Below are positions 9,868 to 18,599 of a stretch of 64,000 nucleotides of DNA, piece by piece. Origin of the DNA: Candidatus Buchananbacteria bacterium RIFCSPHIGHO2_01_FULL_44_11 (GTDB lineage: Bacteria > Patescibacteriota > Patescibacteriia > Buchananbacterales > UBA6539); NCBI GenBank assembly GCA_001817345.1, contig MHIE01000019.1, positions 10,380-74,379 of the forward strand, written 5' to 3'. The position numbers and the translations under genes were made by a program. The notes beneath the pieces were generated by a model. The model did not search any database. It saw only the letters and a program-made list of their open reading frames with translations, and was not told where the DNA came from. Position 1 is the stretch's first letter; each line of letters begins with the position of its first letter.

Positions 9868-9926
9868 AGTTGATATTAAATCCTAATTTCTAATTAGAAA
9901 TTAGATATTAGATATTAGAAATTATC

Positions 9927-11231
9927 TTATTCTATTCGCTTGATTTTGGCGCCAAGCTTAGTCAGTCGGTCGCACAGATCTTCGTAACCTCTTTCGATGG
10001 AATAAACGTTTCTTAAAATTGACTCACCTTCGGCCGCCAGCATTGCCACCAGAATAATCGTGGCCGGACGCAGAGCCGGCGGGCAGATTATCTCATTACC
10101 CCGCAAAGGCGTCGGACCGGTGATATAAACCCGATGAGGATCAACCAGGTTAATTTTTGCCCCCAGTTTATTGAGCTCGGTAAAATAAATCGCTCTTTCT
10201 TCATAAACCCAATCGAAAATAAACGTCGTGCCTTTGGCCTGGGTCGCAATCGGCGTAAAAAACGGCAAATTGTCGATATTAAGTCCAGGGAAAGACTGGG
10301 GATGAATTTTTTCTTCCAAAGCCACTAGCTCACTCCTGAAAGTCTGAAGATCAGCTAGATTACTCTGGCCATTTTTGGCTTTATAACTTTTCAAAATCTT
10401 ATACTTAAAACCCATTTTTTTTAATTTCAGCAATTCCAGCTCCAAAAAATCAATCGGACAACGTTTAATCGTGATGGAAGAATTGGTCGTTGCCGCTAAA
10501 GCGATAAAAAGCATTGACTCGATCGGGTCTTCGGTCAGCTGGTAAGTCACGTCTTTTTTAATTGACCGGCGGCCCTCAATTTCCAAAGTCGTGCTGCCGA
10601 TGCCGCTGATTTTAACGCCTAATTTTTTCAAAAAATAACAAAGGTCTTGGACCTGGTAGTTAGCCGAGGCAAATTTAATCGTGGTTTTGCCGGAAATCTT
10701 GGCGGCGGCCATAATTGCGTTTTCCGTCACGGTATCACCGGACTCATACAAAACTAAGTTTTTTACCGGATGTAAACCAGAGCTTTTGACCAAATAATGC
10801 TTGCGTAAGGTTTCAATTCTGACGCCAAATTCTTCTAGAGCATAAAGATGCGGCTTAACCGTTCTTTTGCCCAGCCGGCAGCCGCCCGGCTGAGGAATTT
10901 TAAAAGACTTCTTGAAACTCAATAAAACAGACAATAAAAACAAAATGCTCCGGGTTTTAATCGCCGACTGATAATTGATATTGTCTAAATTTAACTGCTT
11001 GGGCGGCTTGATTAGTAAATTGCTTTTACCAAACCAGCGGATTTCCACACCAATGCTTTCCAGAACTTCGATAATCCGGTTGACTTCTTCAATTTTAGGC
11101 ACCTGGATTAACTTAGTTGTGCCCTGGTTTAACAAAGCGGCATTCAATAAAACCACCGCCGCATTCTTGGAGGCGTTAGTTGTGATCGTGCCGTGCAATT
11201 TGGCCCCGCCGGAAATAATGAAACTGCTCAT
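9927..11231 (-). CDS. murA: UDP-N-acetylglucosamine 1-carboxyvinyltransferase
   Basis: MSSFIISGGAKLHGTITTNASKNAAVVLLNAALL N-terminus and EPSP-synthase fold repeats. Confidence 0.9.
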   Translation of the reverse strand: MSSFIISGGAKLHGTITTNASKNAAVVLLNAALLNQGTTKLIQVPKIEEVNRIIEVLESIGVEIRWFGKSNLLIKPPKQLNLDNINYQSAIKTRSILFLLSVLLSFKKSFKIPQPGGCRLGKRTVKPHLYALEEFGVRIETLRKHYLVKSSGLHPVKNLVLYESGDTVTENAIMAAAKISGKTTIKFASANYQVQDLCYFLKKLGVKISGIGSTTLEIEGRRSIKKDVTYQLTEDPIESMLFIALAATTNSSITIKRCPIDFLELELLKLKKMGFKYKILKSYKAKNGQSNLADLQTFRSELVALEEKIHPQSFPGLNIDNLPFFTPIATQAKGTTFIFDWVYEERAIYFTELNKLGAKINLVDPHRVYITGPTPLRGNEIICPPALRPATIILVAMLAAEGESILRNVYSIERGYEDLCDRLTKLGAKIKRIE

Positions 11232-11297
11232 AAATTTCTCTACTCAAAAAATGAAATTTCTGCTAAAGTATAATAAGTTCTGAGATATTAACGCTTA

Positions 11298-11458
11298 TTA
11301 TGTTTTTCCCGAATACTCCAAGGCTTGCCTGGGAAATGAGGGAAGTCTGAAAATAATACTGTCCCGCGGAGCGGGACACTACTCATAAAGAACCCGCCCA
11401 GATACCCAGCCGTTTCTGTATGTCATGGATACACAGAAACGGCTGGGTCGGGTTCATT
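11298..11458. repeat. Multi-hairpin structured repeat element, copy A, immediately 5' of murA on - strand
   Basis: Shares conserved unpaired blocks and compensatory stems with 61597-61749 and 62836-62960 (ctcataaagaacccgcccagatacc...hairpin...cgggttcat). Confidence 0.6.
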
Positions 11459-11577
11459 CATTCTACTATATTTTGACCTTAATTTACAAGTCCCGTTTTG
11501 TCGCTTTGCAAAAGATAATCTTATAATCATTGCTACCATAGCTCCTAACGGGACAAGTCCTACCTAAAAGATTAATT

Positions 11578-12948
11578 ATGAAAATAAAATACCGACGTCT
11601 TTTATACACAATATTCTTTTTGATTTTCTTTATCTTTGGCTCTTTTTTGTTCTTTGACACCGCCGGCTATCGTTATAATTTCAAAAGAAATAAGCTGGAA
11701 AAAACGGGCATTTTGATTGTTAATTCCAGCCCGACTGAAGCAGAAATATTTCTGAATGGCCAGTATCAGGACAAAACCCCAAGCCGTTTAACCAAATTAC
11801 TGCCCGACCAGTACGATGTTGAGGTCAGAAAAGATAATTTCTGGCCCTGGCAACAAAAATTAACCATCAGCAGCAATTTAACAACTTTTGCCGAAGGCAT
11901 TTTTCTTTTTAAAAAAAGTCTGCCGACCGTCAAAGTTAACGGCGAAATAAATATCCTAGCCCCCGAGCCAGGCCAGGGCAAAATTATTTATTCGCTCAAA
12001 AAAAACGGGCTGGAAGAAATCAGATTCTTGAATCTGGAAACTGACACCGATTTAGCGGTTGAGCAATTGCCTAACAAAACTTACGATTCAATGGAGTTTG
12101 TGGCTTGGTCGCCGAAAAAAAATAAAGCCTTGCTGAAAAAAATCATCGGCGATTTTAACCAATATTTGATCATTGACGCGGAAACTTTAAAAATCAAGGA
12201 GCTTTTCAATATTACCCGGTTGAATTTCGAACGCGTCAGCTGGGATCAAAAAAATAACGACTATCTTTACGGGCTCAGCGGCTCAGTTTTATACCGCATT
12301 GACCTGGGAAAAAATTCGGCCGAGTCATTGATTGCCGATCACATCACTGATTTCATGGGCCGGGACTCCGAAATTTATTATATCACTCAAGTCGCTAACG
12401 AATCCCTAATTAACCAAGTGATTTTGAATCAAACTCCCGGCCAAATTAAAAAAATAAAATTACCCGACTTTTCTGAATTCAGTCTTGCAGCGGCTCCAGA
12501 CGGTTACCTGGCTTTACTTAATAAAAAAAATAATGATTTGTTCATTATTAAAAGTCAAGTTTTCCTTGATAAAAATATGTCGGACAATATCGTTGTCCAG
12601 GCTCAGGCTAAAAATTTAAGCTGGAGCCCAGATTTCAAAAAATTCCTCTACTACAACGATTTTGAAATTTGGGTCTATGACCTGACAACCAACGAGGGTC
12701 AATTGTTGAATCGTTACAGCGAAGTGATTAGAGAGGCAATCTGGCACCCGAAAAAAAATTATGTCTTGTATCTATCCAATAACGCCATCAAAGCCATCAG
12801 AGTTGATCAGGCCGACATTAAAAACGACTTAACTTTGGCTGAATTAGACAATGTCAGTGAATTAACACTTGACCGCCAAGGGGAAAACCTCTACGGCCGG
12901 GGCAAAATCGGCAGCCAGCAAGGCATCTACCAGCTGGAACTGCAGTAA
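11578..12948 (+). CDS. Hypothetical membrane-anchored protein with PEGA domain and beta-propeller-like C-terminal region
   Basis: N-terminal TM; PEGA-like segment ILIVNSSPTEAEIFLNGQYQDKTPSRL; repeated WSPD/beta-strand motifs (TolB-like). Confidence 0.45.
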   Translation: MKIKYRRLLYTIFFLIFFIFGSFLFFDTAGYRYNFKRNKLEKTGILIVNSSPTEAEIFLNGQYQDKTPSRLTKLLPDQYDVEVRKDNFWPWQQKLTISSNLTTFAEGIFLFKKSLPTVKVNGEINILAPEPGQGKIIYSLKKNGLEEIRFLNLETDTDLAVEQLPNKTYDSMEFVAWSPKKNKALLKKIIGDFNQYLIIDAETLKIKELFNITRLNFERVSWDQKNNDYLYGLSGSVLYRIDLGKNSAESLIADHITDFMGRDSEIYYITQVANESLINQVILNQTPGQIKKIKLPDFSEFSLAAAPDGYLALLNKKNNDLFIIKSQVFLDKNMSDNIVVQAQAKNLSWSPDFKKFLYYNDFEIWVYDLTTNEGQLLNRYSEVIREAIWHPKKNYVLYLSNNAIKAIRVDQADIKNDLTLAELDNVSELTLDRQGENLYGRGKIGSQQGIYQLELQ

Positions 12949-12949
12949 T

Positions 12950-13672
12950 TCAGCCTTTGGCCATTTTAGAGACTAAATTGGCCGCTTCCAGCAGACTGTC
13001 AAAAGATTCGCCACCATCGCCCCACCAGCCTTCCAGTTTTTCAAAAGTCATTGTCCCCTGCTTAACGTAAAAATTGTTCACATCGGTAATTTCTAACTCA
13101 CCGCGACCGGAGGGTTTTAATTTTTTAATGACCTGCCAAACCTGGTTATCGTACATGTAGACACCGATGACAGCCAGGTTAGTTTTTGGCTGCTTGGGTT
13201 TTTCTTCAATACTGGTGATACTTTGGCCAGCCACTTGAGCAATGCCAAATGATTGAGGATTATTAACCGTTTTGAGAAATATCTTAGCGCCTTTAGCCTG
13301 TTTTTCAAAATCTTTAACCGCAGCCTTAATGCTGTCTTCCAGGATATTGTCGCCCAGCATCACGATAATTTTGTCATTATCAGCAAAGTCCTGGCACAAA
13401 CCCAAGGCCTCGGCAATACCGCCAGCCCCTTCTTGAACGCCGTAGGAAAATTGAGCGCCCCAATCACTGCCGGATCGCAGTAACGTCAAAAAATCGCCAG
13501 CATGGTCTTTGCCGGAAACAATCATAATTTCAGTAACCCCGGCTTCAACCAAAGTCTGAATCGGATAATAAATCATCGGTTTGTCGTAAACTGGCAGTAA
13601 GTGTTTGTTGGTCACTCGGGTCAGCGGATCAAGACGTGAGCCAGTGCCACCGGCTAAAATAATACCTTTCAT
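12950..13672 (-). CDS. rfbA: Glucose-1-phosphate thymidylyltransferase (short RmlA-type nucleotidyltransferase)
   Basis: MKGIILAGGTGSRLDPLTRVTNKHLLPVYDKPMIYYP. Confidence 0.8.
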   Translation of the reverse strand: MKGIILAGGTGSRLDPLTRVTNKHLLPVYDKPMIYYPIQTLVEAGVTEIMIVSGKDHAGDFLTLLRSGSDWGAQFSYGVQEGAGGIAEALGLCQDFADNDKIIVMLGDNILEDSIKAAVKDFEKQAKGAKIFLKTVNNPQSFGIAQVAGQSITSIEEKPKQPKTNLAVIGVYMYDNQVWQVIKKLKPSGRGELEITDVNNFYVKQGTMTFEKLEGWWGDGGESFDSLLEAANLVSKMAKG

Positions 13673-13803
13673 CCCATTAGAAGCAGATCGCGATCAAGGA
13701 TCGTCGAGTCTTGATTAATTGATTAGTAGTATAGATATTCATGGTAATTTATCCTCCCAATTAGCCGCGATCGCGGCTTCTAACGGGATTCATAACTTTA
13801 TGA

Positions 13804-14400
13804 TTAGTCGCAATACGAGAATTCGTTAAGTACATAATGACTATAGCTTGAATTCCCATCATCAGAAATTGTTATAATATAGCATGGAGAAAAATTACCA
13901 TTATTTTCTTTATTGTAAGGTGAGAATACCTCGCAATTCTTAAAGTCAGAGAAACATTGAGCCACAACTTTTCCTTGAGCGTCTAGTTTCTTGATATATG
14001 CCATGTGCTCTTTTCCCCCCTTATCTCTAAAGAAAACCTCCGCATTCTCCATCTCTTCACCAGTAGGAGAGACAACTGAAATGTAATTCATTGTACATTT
14101 GATACCTTCATCTTGATAACAATTGAAATTATCCTTTAGGGATTGTAAGAAATCCTTGTCATTTCTTGTTGTGTCTGATTCGGGTACATTTACAGTACCT
14201 TTGTAGAAATTATTTGTTATGTTAAATTCTTGTTGATTATTTGAATTACTCAAATTACTATTTGTAATCTGTTGATTGTTGTCACCTCTAACAACTGAGG
14301 AGTTAGCAATAGAACTCTCATTAAAATACCACCATCCAATAACCGCAATCAAAACCGACACCATTATTGTAATATAAAAACGCTTATCTCCCTTACTCAT
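13804..14400 (-). CDS. Hypothetical Cys-rich membrane-anchored protein, AT-rich gene inside rml cluster
   Basis: N-terminal TM, Asn/Ser-rich linker, C-terminal domain with 7 Cys. GC is markedly lower than neighbours. Confidence 0.4.
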   Translation of the reverse strand: MSKGDKRFYITIMVSVLIAVIGWWYFNESSIANSSVVRGDNNQQITNSNLSNSNNQQEFNITNNFYKGTVNVPESDTTRNDKDFLQSLKDNFNCYQDEGIKCTMNYISVVSPTGEEMENAEVFFRDKGGKEHMAYIKKLDAQGKVVAQCFSDFKNCEVFSPYNKENNGNFSPCYIITISDDGNSSYSHYVLNEFSYCD

Positions 14401-15235
14401 AATTGTATTTTAAGTAATCATTCAGCGCCTCTTGCCACTCCCGCATTGGCTTAATTTTAGTATTGATCAACATGGAATACTTTGGCCGCTGGGCTGGCCG
14501 AGGAAATTCTTCAGTGCTGCAAGGCTCAATTTCGGCTGATAAATTTTTGAGTTTAACAGCGGCTTGAGCAAATTCATACCACGTGATACCGCTGGCAGGA
14601 GCTTGATTAGTAATGTGGTAAATGCCAAACGGCTGATTTTGTTCGACTATGTTTCGCGTGGCTTGGGCTAAGTCTAAAGTATAAGTCGGTTTGCCAAACT
14701 GGTCATTAACTACTTTGAGCTTATCAGAGCTTTTTGCTTTCGTCAAAATAGTGTCAACAAAATTCTTACCGCCGGGGCCATAAAGCCAGGCAGTGCGAAT
14801 CAAATAATATTTCTCGCCTTTTTTGGTTAGCTCCTGCTCGCCTCGAAGTTTAGTTCGGCCATAAGCGTTAACTGGATTAGTCGGGTCGCTTTCTTTGTAG
14901 CCAGCCGAGTTTTGGCCGTCAAATACATAGTCCGTACTATAATGAACTAAAATGGCACCTAAATGTTTAGCCACACTGGCTAAATAGCCAACCGCTAAAC
15001 CGTTAACCCGAACAGCCAGGTCTTCATTGGTTTCACAGCCATCAACGTCAGTGTAAGCCGCGGCGTTAATGATAATCTGGGGCTGAAGACTAAGAATTTT
15101 TTGCTCCACTTGCTGCTGGTCAGTGATATCGAGTTGATTTAGATCCCAAAGGCTTAAATCGGCATCAGAAAAAACCCGAGCCAGAGCCTGGCCCAGCATG
15201 CCTTTAGCACCTAGAATGAGGACTTTTTTAGTCAT
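14393..15235 (-). CDS. rfbD: dTDP-4-dehydrorhamnose reductase
   Basis: MTKKVLILGAKGMLGQALARVF Rossmann N-terminus, YxxxK, RmlD length. Confidence 0.85.
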   Translation of the reverse strand: MTKKVLILGAKGMLGQALARVFSDADLSLWDLNQLDITDQQQVEQKILSLQPQIIINAAAYTDVDGCETNEDLAVRVNGLAVGYLASVAKHLGAILVHYSTDYVFDGQNSAGYKESDPTNPVNAYGRTKLRGEQELTKKGEKYYLIRTAWLYGPGGKNFVDTILTKAKSSDKLKVVNDQFGKPTYTLDLAQATRNIVEQNQPFGIYHITNQAPASGITWYEFAQAAVKLKNLSAEIEPCSTEEFPRPAQRPKYSMLINTKIKPMREWQEALNDYLKYNYE

Positions 15236-15246
15236 ACAAACAATTT

Positions 15247-15403
15247 GTCATTGCGAACCCCGCCGTTTCTGTTTATCTATAGTCAGACGGAAACGGCGAG
15301 GTGAAGCAATCTGACGCGAAGCGTCATCCCGAGGGAACCGAGGGATCTGTCTTGCCAAGGGGATTGCTTCGTCTCCGCCAGATGGCGGATCCTCGCAATG
15401 ACT
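15247..15403. repeat. MITE-like palindromic element (gtcattgcga...tcgcaatgac family), ORF-less copy
   Basis: Outer IR gtcattgcga / tcgcaatgac and inner IR gaagcaatc / gattgcttc. The 75-bp core is identical to 46790-46865. Same terminal and inner IRs as the GIY-YIG element at 27980-28371. Confidence 0.6.
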
Positions 15404-15404
15404 A

Positions 15405-16103
15405 TTATTTTTGGTTCCATTGCTTAGATAAAAGCCTTGCTAGCTGCCGGCGGAAAACCAGTTGCTGCCTAATGGGGTTAATTAATTCAAGGCAAATATA
15501 AGGAGAAAAATATTTTTGTGGAATATTAGTCACGTATTCCAGCTCGGAAAAATTTTCAACGCCGTGCCAATGCCGGCCGCTGGCTTTAACCGCGCTCAAA
15601 TGATTGCAACCGATTTTATAGTGATAGTCCTCTACTCCCTCTTGGGCAATAAAAAAATTGTCATTAACCTGGCGCCGGTTGATTTCCAGGTGAGACAAGT
15701 CAATGGCTAGACCCCCAAATTTTTTGATAACATCTAAATCGCGAATTTTACTTTGATAACCGTTATTTTCAACAAAAATCTTTTTTCGGTTTTTAAAATT
15801 ATTAAAGTGCTTCAGATACTGGAAATGCATGGTAAAAGCTTTGGTACCAAAACGCTTAATCAAATAGTCAAACTCATGCTCTTTAAGCATGTCGTGGCGG
15901 GCGTGGACATGGGGAATAAATCGGACTGAAGTTTTTTCCAGGGCCTGATAAATTTTTTTCCGCTCCTGAATGTCTGCCCCGGTCAAAAACAAAGAAATTT
16001 CGGTTAACCTAAAACGACGGACCGCCGCAACCATTTTTTGCCAATCAGCCGACCAGGTTACCACTGACGGATAAATTCTGCTTAAAATTTCAGCCTCTTT
16101 CAT
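15405..16103 (-). CDS. Hypothetical protein (possible TIM-barrel sugar isomerase/epimerase-like) within rml cluster
   Basis: 232 aa ORF between rfbD and rfbB; no confident motif. Confidence 0.4.
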   Translation of the reverse strand: MKEAEILSRIYPSVVTWSADWQKMVAAVRRFRLTEISLFLTGADIQERKKIYQALEKTSVRFIPHVHARHDMLKEHEFDYLIKRFGTKAFTMHFQYLKHFNNFKNRKKIFVENNGYQSKIRDLDVIKKFGGLAIDLSHLEINRRQVNDNFFIAQEGVEDYHYKIGCNHLSAVKASGRHWHGVENFSELEYVTNIPQKYFSPYICLELINPIRQQLVFRRQLARLLSKQWNQK

Positions 16104-16157
16104 CTTTAAATATAATATTGAATTAAGAATTATGAATTACGAATTATGGCTGATCCC

Positions 16158-17177
16158 TTAATTCCTGCTTCTTAATTCATAATTCTTTTGATAATACTGC
16201 TGGTACTCGCCTGATTTGATCCGTTGCCACCAGCTCTGATTTTGTTGATACCACAAAACGGTCTTTTCCAAATAGTCTTCAAAATCATGCTCGGGTTGAT
16301 AACCCAGTTCTTTTTTGGCTTTTGACCAATCCAAGGCATAGCGCCGATCATGACCGGGCCGGTCTTTAACATATTCAATCAGAGATTCATCTTGGCCCAA
16401 AATTTTAATAATTTTTCTGATCACTTCCAGATTACTAATATCTTTAGTCATGCCGCCGATGCAATAAGTCTGACCAATTTCGCCTTTCTCTAAAATCAAA
16501 TCAATCGCCCGGCAATGATCTTCAACGTAAACCCAATCGCGGACATAAAGCCCGTCGCCGTAAACCGGCACTGATTTACCAACCAGCAAATTCGTGATGG
16601 CCAAAGGGATTAACTTTTCCGGAAATTGATACGGGCCAAAATTATTTGAAGCATTGCTGATAGTCGCGGCTAAACCATGGGTGTGAATATAGGCTCTGAC
16701 CAGGTGATCCGAACCGGCCTTGGCCGCCGAATACGGACTGCGGGGGTTGTAGGGGCTAGACTCGTTGAATTTCTCTTTGGTGTTTAGCGGCAACTGACCA
16801 AAGACTTCATCGGTGGAAATATGGTGAAATCGCTTGTCATATTCTTTCGCCGCATTGAGTAAAACTTGGGTGCCTAAGACATTGGTTTTAATAAAATCAA
16901 TATCACCCATAATGGAGCGGTCAACATGGCTCTCAGCGGCGAAATGAACCACCACGTCGCAATCCCGAACCAAAGGCATAGTAACGTCAGCGCTGATAAT
17001 ATCACCCAAAATAAATTTATAATTCGGCCGGCCGGTAAACTCTTTAAGATTTTCCAGGTTACCAGCGTAAGTGAGTTTATCCAAATTCCAAATCTCATCA
17101 TTCGGATGATGTTTAAACCAGTAATGGATAAAATTGGAACCAATAAAACCGGCGCCGCCTGTGACTAATAGTTTCAT
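16158..17177 (-). CDS. rfbB: dTDP-glucose 4,6-dehydratase
   Basis: MKLLVTGGAGFIGSNFIHYW...YSAAKAGSDHLVRAY (YxxxK), RmlB-type. Confidence 0.9.
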   Translation of the reverse strand: MKLLVTGGAGFIGSNFIHYWFKHHPNDEIWNLDKLTYAGNLENLKEFTGRPNYKFILGDIISADVTMPLVRDCDVVVHFAAESHVDRSIMGDIDFIKTNVLGTQVLLNAAKEYDKRFHHISTDEVFGQLPLNTKEKFNESSPYNPRSPYSAAKAGSDHLVRAYIHTHGLAATISNASNNFGPYQFPEKLIPLAITNLLVGKSVPVYGDGLYVRDWVYVEDHCRAIDLILEKGEIGQTYCIGGMTKDISNLEVIRKIIKILGQDESLIEYVKDRPGHDRRYALDWSKAKKELGYQPEHDFEDYLEKTVLWYQQNQSWWQRIKSGEYQQYYQKNYELRSRN

Positions 17178-17309
17178 ATTGACAAAGACTTAATTCTATG
17201 TTATTTTACTATATTCAATCCTAAAATACAAGATTGAAAAAATAGGTTCTTTGACCCAGTCAACCACTTGAAATCTTGAAAAATCCAAATTCAAACAAGG
17301 AGAATGCGG

Positions 17310-18416
17310 ATGAAACTCATCGCGGTTGTAATGAAAGATGCCGGTTCTTTTAATGCGGTCATGCCGGCAGGAGAACTGCTTTCGGCCAATGGCGGACACG
17401 ACTATGGTTGCGTTTACTTCGCCTCCGGCGTCGCCGCCACTAAATTGAAAGAGCGAGACATCCCCTATCAGAATGCCGACGAATTCGTCGGCGATTCCTT
17501 TGACCTCGTCCTCTGCGGCACGTCTTCAACCGCCGACGGCGATTTCTTGGAACGCGATATCTGCCGGAAAGCCACGGCCAAAGGTATTCCGATCGTCGCA
17601 ATCAGCGACGTCTGGATGAGCGCCCTGCGGCTCAAAGATGACGCAGTTAAGCTGACGGTGGTCACCAGTATCGATCAGCAAAGCACGTCATTGCTCCGGC
17701 AAGTCATGCCCGGCGTCAAAATCGTGACGACCGGCAATCCGGCTTTTGATCAATGGTTCCATGGTCAAAACCAATACACGACCAACCGCTCGGCCATCCG
17801 AGAGAGACTCGGCCTGCACCCCAAAGAAAAGCTGGTCTGCTTTTTCGGCGGCTATGGCGACCAAAGCGCCGATATCCTCCAGTTACTCTGCGACACGCTG
17901 GGAGACATCGGCAGCCCATATTTAGCTTTCGCTGTGCGCAACCATCCGGCGATTCTCCAAAACCCCAAGTGGGCCAAAGATAAGGCCAAAATTGAAGCCA
18001 CCCTGGCCGATTTCTTTGGCCGAACGGTTGACACCGCTGAATATAAAACCGGAGAATCGCTCCTGCCGGCCGCCGACCTCTGTGTGGCCAATTGGTCAAC
18101 CTTACTGCTCCAAGCCACTCACCTGGTCTCACTTCACGGTTCGCCGATGTCTTTGCACATCATCCTGCCTGAGTATGATCAGGGCTGGATTGCCAACCAG
18201 TTCTGCGGCCTGAGTAACACCGTGCCGGCCGTCACATTAGGTGCGGCCAAAGCAGTCTACCAGTACAGTCCGGCCGATGTGGCCACCGCCATCTCCAACC
18301 TCTTATTCAATGAAAATACGAGGCACGAGATAACCCGCGCCGCCAAAAGGGACTTTCGACTCGACGGCCGGTCAACCGAACGCGTCGCCGCCGAAGTCAT
18401 CCAGCTCCTCAACTGA
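17310..18416 (+). CDS. Hypothetical protein, GC-rich (~58% GC) gene, possible GT-B/Rossmann two-domain fold
   Basis: Start taken at second ATG (AGGAG 7 nt upstream). Strongly elevated GC, producing many spurious antisense ORFs. No recognisable family motif. Confidence 0.5.
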   Translation: MKLIAVVMKDAGSFNAVMPAGELLSANGGHDYGCVYFASGVAATKLKERDIPYQNADEFVGDSFDLVLCGTSSTADGDFLERDICRKATAKGIPIVAISDVWMSALRLKDDAVKLTVVTSIDQQSTSLLRQVMPGVKIVTTGNPAFDQWFHGQNQYTTNRSAIRERLGLHPKEKLVCFFGGYGDQSADILQLLCDTLGDIGSPYLAFAVRNHPAILQNPKWAKDKAKIEATLADFFGRTVDTAEYKTGESLLPAADLCVANWSTLLLQATHLVSLHGSPMSLHIILPEYDQGWIANQFCGLSNTVPAVTLGAAKAVYQYSPADVATAISNLLFNENTRHEITRAAKRDFRLDGRSTERVAAEVIQLLN

Positions 18417-18458
18417 TCACCTGCTCATTCGCATTGGGAACAAAAAAATCGTTCCCAT

Positions 18459-18488
18459 CCGCTGACCCCTGTCGGCGGATTTTTTTTA
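18459..18488 (+). terminator. Putative rho-independent terminator
   Basis: ccgctgac-ccct-gtcggcgg stem (7/8) followed by T8. Confidence 0.4.
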
Positions 18489-18598
18489 CCCCGCACCTTT
18501 TATCCATTTGTCATTTTGTCATTCCGGACTTGATCCGGAATCTGTCAGATCCTGAATCAAGTTCAGGATGACTTTAGAAAGTAAGAAAAGGTGCGGGG
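18488..18598. repeat. 111-bp nested palindromic element (ccccgcacctttt ... aaaaggtgcgggg, containing tgtcattccggacttgatccggaatct hairpins)
   Basis: 13-bp perfect outer IR enclosing two internal hairpins. Related core hairpin at 33262-33290. Confidence 0.5.
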
Positions 18599-18599
18599 T

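Noticed and set aside
15301-15501. 66-aa ORF MKQSDAKRHPEGTEGSVLPRGLLRLRQ…
   Set aside because: It lies entirely inside the palindromic MITE-like repeat (15247-15403). The same sequence at 46790-46865 is not in an ORF, so this is a spurious translation of a repeat.
17468-18213. Multiple 65-138 aa antisense and alternate-frame ORFs within 17.4-18.2 kb (and similarly 31742-32047, 45974-46582)
   Set aside because: These are artefacts of locally high GC (few stop codons). They overlap the well-supported sense ORFs.
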